This document shows positions 51,249 through 60,000 of a stretch of 60,000 nt of DNA, in pieces. Each line of letters opens with the position of its first letter. Within the stretch, counting starts at the first letter, position 1. The stretch is from assembly GCF_963921235.1 (NCBI RefSeq), contig NC_086097.1, forward strand, positions 163,248,001 through 163,308,000, written 5' to 3'. This DNA comes from Mobula hypostoma (lineage: Eukaryota). The notes beneath the pieces are model-generated. The model made no database searches. It was not told the origin of the DNA and saw only the letters and a program-made list of their open reading frames with translations. Both the position numbers and the translations under genes were made by a program.

Positions 51249-54039
51249 AGTGGTAGTTGGCAATGTTTTAAGGATTGTTTCGGGGAGACATTTACTATTC
51301 AGGTTGGTTTGAAAACTACAGTGCTTGTGTTTCTAAATTCATCCATAAATTTGATCCAACTTTATTTCCCAATATTTAAACACAATTCAAAAGCTACCTC
51401 TCAAACAAGGTTTCAGTGTTTTAATCCTTTGTCTTTCCTCTAGATTTGTAATGCATGCCTCGCTTTTTAAAAATTTGATCTATAAATGTGGTTGTATTGT
51501 AAGGACTCAAAGGAATAAAGGCACAATTAAATGGTTTATGATTGATATTTCCCAAAGTTATTCCAAGTAAATTAAATGAAACTAAACTTTACCCATATAC
51601 CTGTTTTTACTTTTGTGAGAAGACGAGAATCAGTGTTACCTTTTAGTGGATGGTTGGACTGCCAACAATGGCTGGATATAAGTCTACATGTTCAGCTACC
51701 TTGTCCCCATATTCCAATGACTTGTTACCCTGCTCACACATATTCTCATTATCTTTCCACACCAACTGGAAAGTGCACAGATTCTTCATTACAAAGCTGG
51801 ATGATTTCTTTCCATCAAGAAACCTCCCTCCCATCATCTCCTGTTTTTCTTATAATTAATACCCAAATATTTTGCTCCAAGAACAAAGTATTTAGATTAA
51901 TTCTTGGAGTCTCCAACTCAAGGCTGGAAGATTGTCATTCCCAATCAGAGGAGTGACTGTACCTTTTTCAGTCAAAAAGGAAAATATTCTAATTTCTATT
52001 GACCCAAATCTTAATTTAAAAAAACTATGCTGTGTTGTATCAAGCAACCATCCTAATGATCAGATTACATCTTATCAAGTCAAGTTAAGTTAAGTCAAGT
52101 TTATTGTCATTTAACTATATACATGTATACCACTAATCGAGACAATGTTTCTCCGGATCAGGGTGTAAAGCACAGTAGTACACAAAACACAATAATCTAG
52201 GAAAGTAAGAATTAAATCTACAAATGAACTATACATAGATGAACAAAGTAAAGTGCATAAACATAGATAGAACATAGAACAGTAATGCACAGGAAAAGGA
52301 CCTTCAGCCCACAATGTTGTGGCAGGCTAATTAAGGTATTGATAACTAATTAAATTAATCCTTTCTGTCTGCACATGGTCCAGTACTACCACCACTCCGA
52401 CCCCTTTCTGCACTTCTGTCAACATCTCGGACAGCATATTCCAGGTACCCACCACTTCTTTTTCTGTAAAAATACTCTCCCTGCATATCTCCATTTGTTA
52501 TTTTTAATAATGATAATTTTGGATGCAATTCTATATATGGTGCTGGCAGCCAACATTGATCAGGGTAATTTGAAAATAAAAAAGCCCTTGATGGTTGCTG
52601 AGACTCCCAGTCAAACACTGAGCCAAGTAAGAGGTGAAGAAACATATTCTCAAAACAGAATTTACTCAGAAAACCTGCCAGAACAGTCATGTCCTCGTTT
52701 CTTCTCCTCTGTGGGCAGCGATTGATGCGTCTCCTGGCCTGAGTCTAACTGAAGCAGGTTTATTCACCTCCCAGCCAATCTGTGCTAGATACAAGATTGA
52801 TAGTTGCCAGTGGTGATGAAATTTAAAGTCAAACAAAAAGTGAAAATCACCTGTATTTTTAAATAATTAAGTGGCCTCTAGGATTCAGTGCTTTTAGTGA
52901 GTCAGATCTGCCTCCCAAGCTTGGATTAAAATATTACTAATCATCAGCAAAGACACACAAATAACTGTGTAGTTAACCAAACATACATCTGTTGCTTGAA
53001 AGAGTGTATTATGCTGTGAGAGTGAGCGCATTACTGTAGCCCAGTGTTGGCAGATAAGCCTTCAGTCTCACCAGTAGTCAGTGGAGATGATGCTGGGCTG
53101 GGGAGCGGCTGTCTTGAAAGGAGAATAAGAGAATGATTCCCCATATTTGAATCTGCCTTTTGTTGGAGTGGTCCCAATATCACCACAAGTGGAGATTTAA
53201 AGACCCCTGTTACAGAGGACTCAACATACTTTGTTAAAAGAAAGAGAAACACCAAGCATGGTAGATAAATTGGAATGTAACTGTACAACTCAACAAGCTT
53301 GCCTGGGGATGAAAATACTGATTGCTCTAAGCTGAATCAGGCTGCTTCAGCAAGTTCTGTTCCTGCTCCTTTCCACGTGCTAAGACTAGTACTGTCCTTT
53401 TTTACTGTCCACTTATCTGTCTCTTTTCCTCCTCACTCCCTTTTGCCTCACTTCTCTATCAAACCCCCTTTTCCCCCTCATCTCTTCCTTCTCCTTCCAC
53501 ATCTCACAACCCCTCCTTCTTCTTCCGCTGCACACTCTCTCTCTTTCTAGCCCGGTGCATTTTCTCTTATCCCACTTGTCCCGGTTGGTTTATTAGGGGA
53601 GGTATATGAGTGAGCGAGAGCGAAAGAGGGAGATGCGGGGACGAGCGCCGCCTGTCATACAGAGTCGCGCCCGCAGTCAGCCACGACTGTGCACGCTCGC
53701 AGCCTCGGGAGCCCAGAGCAGCCCGCGCGCTCCACGGGAAGCGGGCGCGCGCGTCTCCCCCCGACGTCAGCGCTTTCCTGGCCAGTCTTGTCGAGCCAAG
53801 TAACCCGAAGTAGTGGAAAAAAGCTCAACGCGAGAGGAATTTAACTTGAAAAAGAAAGGCGAAGGGAAGGAAATCATCGGGTCCAAATCTGGGAGCTCGG
53901 CTTTGTATCTGAGACCCCTGCAGGGTTTCGGCGAACCCCGGTTCAGTTTCTGGGACCCCCGCCTCTCTTGCTGAGTTGTCTGGGACCCCTCGACTTTGCG
54001 GGTTCCGCTCTTTTTTCTGGAGGAGTTGCGCTGGGAAGG

Positions 54040-54112
54040 ATGGAGCGGTTTCTAAGTTACCTTCTGGTTGGATTGAATCTTTTGCAAAGAGTTGGAGGGC
54101 AGACGATTGCAG
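54040..54112 (+). CDS. First coding exon (signal peptide MERFLSYLLVGLNLLQRVGGQTIA) of a secreted or type I membrane protein
   Basis: Strong Kozak context AGGATGG; hydrophobic core with probable cleavage after VGG; consensus donor CAG|GTAAGC, phase 1; within the CpG island. Confidence 0.75.
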
Positions 54113-55627
54113 GTAAGCGGGGCACCCAGAATGTGCCCAGTGAGTTCATCTGGCGGCTCAGCCTGGCTTGCTCATGTTCTGAAGGCGCTCGTACCCCAAA
54201 CCTGCCCTTCTTGCCCATATCTGGGACTCCGTTCAGGGACTTCCCCAGCCCCCTATTTCCGGGACCCTGTCCGGGCACTTCCTCTTCCATCGCTGGGACC
54301 CCGTTTTTTCCCTATCTTGGGACTTGCCATCTTCAGTTCTGGACACTCCCTTGCTTCCTACCGTCATGGGTCCCATAACCTTAAAGCCTCGGGATTGTCC
54401 GACCTACCCCAACTCTCTGAACTCTAAACACCCCCTCCTTACCCATAAGGAAACTTAATCCGACCACCGAAGCCCCTAAATTCTCCTGTATCGTTCTCCG
54501 AGTCGTGACACTGCTAACTCTGGCTTGCCACCTTATTATGATTTGTGTTTCAAGACGTCAGTTATGTTTCTAGCCGGCAAAGAATTTTTCTAGTTGTGTA
54601 TTGAGACAGTTTATTTGAACCCTTTGCTTGCGCGGGAGTGTCTGTCGATCTTGTTTACACTCGGAGACGTATTCCTGCTGCCCTCGGCTCAGGCGCAGCC
54701 CCGCTTTCACCAACTCGCTGTCGCCTCGCGCTCTGAGCAGCGGCAAAGTTTCCGTCCTGGCCGGCTTTGCTCCGCAAAAGTTGTTATTTACAGTCCGCTG
54801 TGGCGTTGTTTACGCGTGCTGTTAAATTATGGTACTGGATGCTTCCGAGAGTCCGTGGATCAGGTCTCGCCAGCTAATCACAGCTCTCCCCGTGGGATCC
54901 GCACAGAGGCGTCGCGAGGGTTGGAGCTTTGCAGAAATTAACAGTGAACTTTTTCACAGCTCGATCCCACACTCAGTACAGCGCTGGAAGGAACTGTAAA
55001 CGGAAGTGCTTTCAGAATCCGAGATAACGTGAGACGTGAGGGGAGAAGTGTTTACATAAAGATATTTAGGATTCGGAGTGACCCAGGGGTATGGGTAGAG
55101 TGTGCTGATGGAGTCGGTTGTCTGCACCTTACTGGCGCAAAATAACTGAAGCGTGGTGTCCCTCACACTCACTCTTAACAACGACAAGAAAATTATACCG
55201 TTCTATGTAACTGTGCCCGGCTCCTGAAGCCGGCGTGACAACTGGAATTGAATGTTGACGGCCTGAGCGGGAGTATATGGTTCTCGGGGATGTCAGTCGA
55301 CGTGACCGGGGTGCAAAGAGCAGAAGGAATGAACCACAATGGCAGGACAGGGGGCATAGGACCCAGTATGTGGAATCATTTCGCAGAGGCTCCGGGATTT
55401 GGGCCACAAGATCGCACCGACCAGCCCTTTGGCTCATTTTATCGTCTAAAATTAGGATTGGGGATTCCCCCAAATATGACACCCTCTCCGGGGAGCGTGA
55501 AAGACTGAGATCTGAAACTTGGCGTTTGAGATTCCAGTCAAAACCTAATCCGAAGCTAAAACTTCAAGGCAGAAGTGACGAATAAAAACAGCGTGCAGCA
55601 AACGGAGAATAGAACTTGGCATGATAC

Positions 55628-55636
55628 TGTGTGTGT

Positions 55637-55674
<38 letters not shown>
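55628..55674 (+). repeat. (TG)n microsatellite
   Basis: Direct inspection. Confidence 0.95.
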
Positions 55675-55677
<3 letters not shown>

Positions 55678-57084
55678 ACTGGTCCGGAGCTTTCCCGAGC
55701 GCTTGCTATGGAGTGGAGGGGAAAATGAGGTTTGTTCGTCTAAGCTACTAGGGTCCAAACCATCTCCCATTTGATTAGAGCGAGGACCGAAGCAGTCCTT
55801 AAATGTAGAAACGTGGAGGGAGTTTGTTGCTCATTGAGAGAGTGGATCGGCGCGATCCTGCTGCTGTACGCAGGGAGTCCCTAACGCACCACATAAAAGG
55901 CTGCGGAGCAATGGGATGTTCTCCTTGCTTCCCGTTTTCCTTCACCGCGCAATACAGGTGTAACCGGTGACCGTGCCAAACACAGAAAAAAAAAAGCACG
56001 ATGCTTTATTGTCAAGCCCCGAATAATAAATTTGTAAAGCGGCGGCGTCAAGTCCAGCAGCTTATCATTGTGGAGCAAACTAGAGACATTTGGCACACAC
56101 GTAGATTTCAAATATTGTGCTGGGTTGTTTGTTTATAGAAATAGGAAGAAGAGCCCTCAACTCCCTGTTAGACGGGATGTCATTGTTGTATGAAAAAAAA
56201 TCTAATCACACTAGTTACACGGAGAACTCAGAGGCGCAAGAAATATAGATGGCTTCAAAAAGAGAAAACGGTTACCTCATTCCATTCTAGTCCGAGAAAG
56301 TGTGTCAAATGTTCTCTAACTTGACTCGGATCTGCCGGTCTCAGTGTGTGTTAACCATTAATATGTAGACAACTTCATGTAGTTTGCTTGTCCGGTGTCT
56401 GCCGCTGGACCACATCGTATGATCAACCGCTTCGATGTATACGGTGCACCCTTCTGACCATTTCTTCTGTTGGCATCCACCGAGTGTGAAGTGAGAACTA
56501 CCACCCACGTTTTAGTGCTAGGAATTAGTTCTGATCTGAAGCCCCGCACCAGATAAGACGAGAGTGAGAGAGCATGAAGGGGCAGTGAGTGGGGTAGGAT
56601 TTTAGAGGGAGATGATTGACTGGGCGGAGGGGGGGCGGCTGCGTGAGCTGCTAGTGGTGAATAAAGGGGAAAGGAGTTAAAATGAAAGGCTGAATGAAGA
56701 GGGAGCGTGTTAATAGGGAGTGGGATGTAACAGGAGAGGTGAGGAGGGCAGAGCTCCTGGGAGGGTCGGAATGATAAAGAGAAAAGCAAAAGGAGTGAAG
56801 TAGACCAAGTATTTGTGTGTGTGTGTGTCAGTCTGTCCATCTGTTCGTGTGTGTGCGTGTATGCGCTCCTCGACATTAGACCAAGACGCCTCTGTGTCGA
56901 GCTCTACGGCAACCCCATGTTCATAGAATTCACACAAAGACATTTTCCCTCTTCAGAACTGGAGTGGAAATAAGTCCTCCTCAAGTGGGGGCATCCTGAG
57001 GAAGAAGAGGGAGCTGGCCATTGCAGGCTGAACAATACTCCTTATTATCCACCCTTCCTGTAATAGCACTCAATGACTTGTTCT

Positions 57085-57933
57085 TTCTCCCAGATGTGTC
57101 CCAGTTGCTGAGATGACAAGAGTGAGCTTGTTTCCTGAGCTGTATATGACACCTTGAGCCTTTGTTTTAGCAGTTTGTGATGGTACCGTATTATTCAGAA
57201 TATATTATTCTGGACAATTTTCCTTCAACTCACAGAAATTCTGTAAGATGAGCATGCAGCTGAATGGTTTAGATGACATTGTAGGCGGTTGGCGTTGAGG
57301 TGGGGGAGTGGTGCTGAGAGCATTGGTAATTGTAATTATAATTGATTGGAACCTGCAATCCTGTTTGACTTGCCCCAGTTATAGAGTGCACATATCCCTA
57401 ATGGAGAAGGAAAGGAACTAAACAAAAAGCTAGGAGACACAACTGACATTTACTGTATTTCCAAATTGCCATAATTTTATTCAACTGATAGAACTAATGA
57501 AGATCCTCAGAGATTAAAATATTTTAACCTCTAAAGCAAAGTTTCCACATGGGGCAAATTTAGAAGTACAGTTACTTATGTTTTAGATGTTCTAGTAGCA
57601 GCACAAAACTAATTGATAGGTTGATTCTAGCCTGCTGAAATATAGAATTGTGCTCACATTTTCATGACATATATTCTCAAATTAACTGCTGGATGTCATG
57701 TATTAATCATGATATATGATTTACTAAATATATAAATATTTTTAATCGGATAAATATTTTGAATCAGATAAATATTTTCCCCCAGATGTGTCCCAGTTGC
57801 TGAGATGACAGGAGTGAGTTTGTTCCCTGAGCTGTATATGACACCTTGAGCCTTTTTTTTTAAGCAGTTTGTGATGGTACCATATTATTCAGAATGTATT
57901 ATTCTGGACAATTTTCCTTCAACCCACAGAAAT
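57085..57933 (+). repeat. ~155-bp direct repeat pair (57085-57239, 57777-57933)
   Basis: Direct alignment by eye, roughly 90% identical. Confidence 0.9.
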
Positions 57934-58419
57934 AAATGTGTAGTAATGAGAGCATAATAATATTACAAAGTATCTGTACTGTTACTTTTTGTTAGTGTAT
58001 CCATTTTAGCATTAAGGTTTTGCCAAATGTAGCAGAAGTGAATTGTTGCATTGATACATGTAGCACAGCGGGTGGCTCGACAATCACAGAGCATTTCAGA
58101 TGTAATGGCTGGTGCTCTAGCATGCATGGCTATCAGAATGTTCAATATCCACCTGTATCTTCCGTTTCACGCTCACTGAAGGAAAATTGCTCATTAGATC
58201 TGAAAGGATTTTATACTGTCTTGTATCTTTGACCTTCAGGCTAGGATTGGATTTCAATGACCATTTGTTCTCTTTGACCATGTATTTAATTCTGACTAAA
58301 CAGCAAGTGTCTATTTGAAAGCAAGAGTAAAATACCGCTGATGCTAGGTACCTGAAATAAAAAAAAACAGGCAATGCTGAGAATAAACATCAGGTAGCAT
58401 CTAGGGAATAGAACGTTTT

Positions 58420-58717
58420 TGCACTGTTACTATCAGGTAGGCACACACTCAGCGATTCAGGAACAGCTTCTTCCCCTCTGCCATCCGATTCCTAAATGGA
58501 CATTGAACCCTTGGACACTACCACACTTTTTAAATATATATTATTTCTGTTTTTTGCACAGTTTGCAATCTATTCAATATATGAATACTGCAATTTATTT
58601 ATTATTATTTCATTTTGTTTTTTTATATTATATATTGCATTGAACTGCTGCTGCTAAGTTAACAAATTTCACAACACAAGCCGGTGATAATAAACCTGAT
58701 TCTGATTCTGATTCTGA
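58420..58717 (+). mobile_element. Rex1-like 3' end
   Basis: Matches 50930-51248; (CTGATT)n tail. Confidence 0.85.
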
Positions 58718-59109
58718 AAGGTACAGCATGGGAACAGGTCATGCACCCCATGATGTTTGTGCAAAACACAATACCAAATATCAAACTCATTTTTTCTCTA
58801 TCTGCACATGATCCATATCTCTTCGTTCCTTGCTATTCATGTGTTTACCTAAAAGCCCACTGAATACCTCTATTGTATCTGCTTCCACCACCACCCCTGG
58901 CAGCCTGCCCCAGGCACCTAACACCACTGTTCCCTTCAAGCTGCTTGGGTGCTTGGCCACGCAATACCTGAAATGCTCACGTGCACGTAGCCTTTGTTGC
59001 CGTGCGGATGGAATTTTCTTTTATATAATGTTTTATTAAAGTGCTGCTCAATTTTGTCTTTGTAAAAATTTCCTGCTCAGTGCAATGGTTTGTCCTTGCT
59101 TCTATAAAA

Positions 59110-59860
59110 ATAAAAGGAGCACTGCCTACCACACTTTAAAAAAAACTTGTCCCACACATCATCTTTAAACTTTTTCTCTCTGACTTTTGCGTATTTGATT
59201 TCTCGATCCTGGGAAAAAAAGATTCTGACTATCTACCTTATCTATGCCTCTCTTAATGTTATAAACCTTTATCAAGTATCTCCTCATCCTCTCATGCTAC
59301 AGAGAAAGTTTGCCATACTTCTCATTATAGTCACACCCTCTAATCCAGGGATCATCCTGGTAAACCCTTTCCAAAGCCCTATATTCTTTTTGTCATGGGG
59401 TGACCAGTATTGCACACAATACTCCCAAGTGCAATCTAACCAAGTTTTTTATTTACCATTGCAATATGATTTCCTTACTCTTGTACTCAATGCCCCAACC
59501 AGTGATGCCAGGCTTTCCATTTGCCTTCTTTGCCACCCTATCTATTTGCCTGGCCTCTTTCAGGGAGCTCTGAAGTCAGACTCCAAGATCACTCTGTACT
59601 GTTGTTAAACTGTTTAGGTTCCTGCCATTAACTGTATACTTTCCTCATATGACTTCCCAAGTACAACATCTCACAGTTGACTGAATTAAATTCCATCTAC
59701 CATTTCGCTGTGCACATCTGTATTTAATTGATATTCTGCTTTATCCTGTAACAAACATCTACCCTTTCTACTACTCCACTAATCTTTGTGTGTTCTGCAA
59801 ACTTACTGACCCACTCATCTACATAATCATTTTCATCCAAATTATTTATATATAGCAACA
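59110..59860 (-). mobile_element. Degenerate CR1 fragment
   Basis: YINNLDE..WVSKFAEHTKISGVV remnant. Confidence 0.7.
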
Positions 59861-60000
59861 ATAGACTAGAGTAAACTTTTCTGATTGATGACCTTTTGAT
59901 ATAAAGGCATGGACCTGAAAGAGTTAGTCTGCTTTCCACTTGACAGACAGTGTCTGATTTGCTGAGTATTTCCAGCATTGCCAGTTTTTATTTCAGACAC

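Larger units (their letters stand above)
53580..56100 (+). promoter_or_regulatory. CpG island: promoter, 5' UTR and start of intron 1
   Basis: Sharp rise in CpG/GC content with no repeats; CRE-like GACGTCA at ~53763 and ~54554; upstream polypyrimidine tract 53400-53580. Confidence 0.85.

Noticed and set aside
53968..54378. 136-aa ORF as a single-exon gene
   Set aside because: It starts at a non-ATG codon and reads through a consensus splice donor. Only 54040-54112 looks coding.
54594..55585. ORFs in the CpG island
   Set aside because: Expected by chance in GC-rich DNA; no recognisable domains or exon structure.
57095..57928. TRIM/mini-LTR element (TGTG...CACA inside the direct repeats)
   Set aside because: Identity extends beyond the TG/CA ends on both sides, and no TSD, PBS or PPT was seen.

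Overview
Vertebrate genomic DNA, most likely a cartilaginous fish (ray/shark; inferred from the CR1, Rex1, Penelope, V-SINE and Deu-SINE repeat set). About 53 kb is gene-free and dense in transposon fragments: CR1, Rex1/Babar, L1, Nimb, HERO/R2-like, Penelope, Ty3/Gypsy, hAT and Helitron, often nested with readable TIRs and TSDs. A CpG island at ~53.6-56.1 kb holds the first coding exon (54040-54112, 73 nt, signal peptide, phase-1 GT donor) of a + strand secreted or membrane protein gene whose intron 1 runs off the window. Notable items: minimal hammerhead-ribozyme motifs in Penelope termini, often in head-to-head palindromic insertions; an internally deleted HERO-like element with an open zinc-finger/nuclease-tail fusion ORF and a structured 3' UTR; a non-autonomous Helitron with 23-aa STPR-type repeats; a multi-level nest inside a hAT element; local duplications; and candidate enhancers. 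Family assignments come from motif recognition, not database searches.
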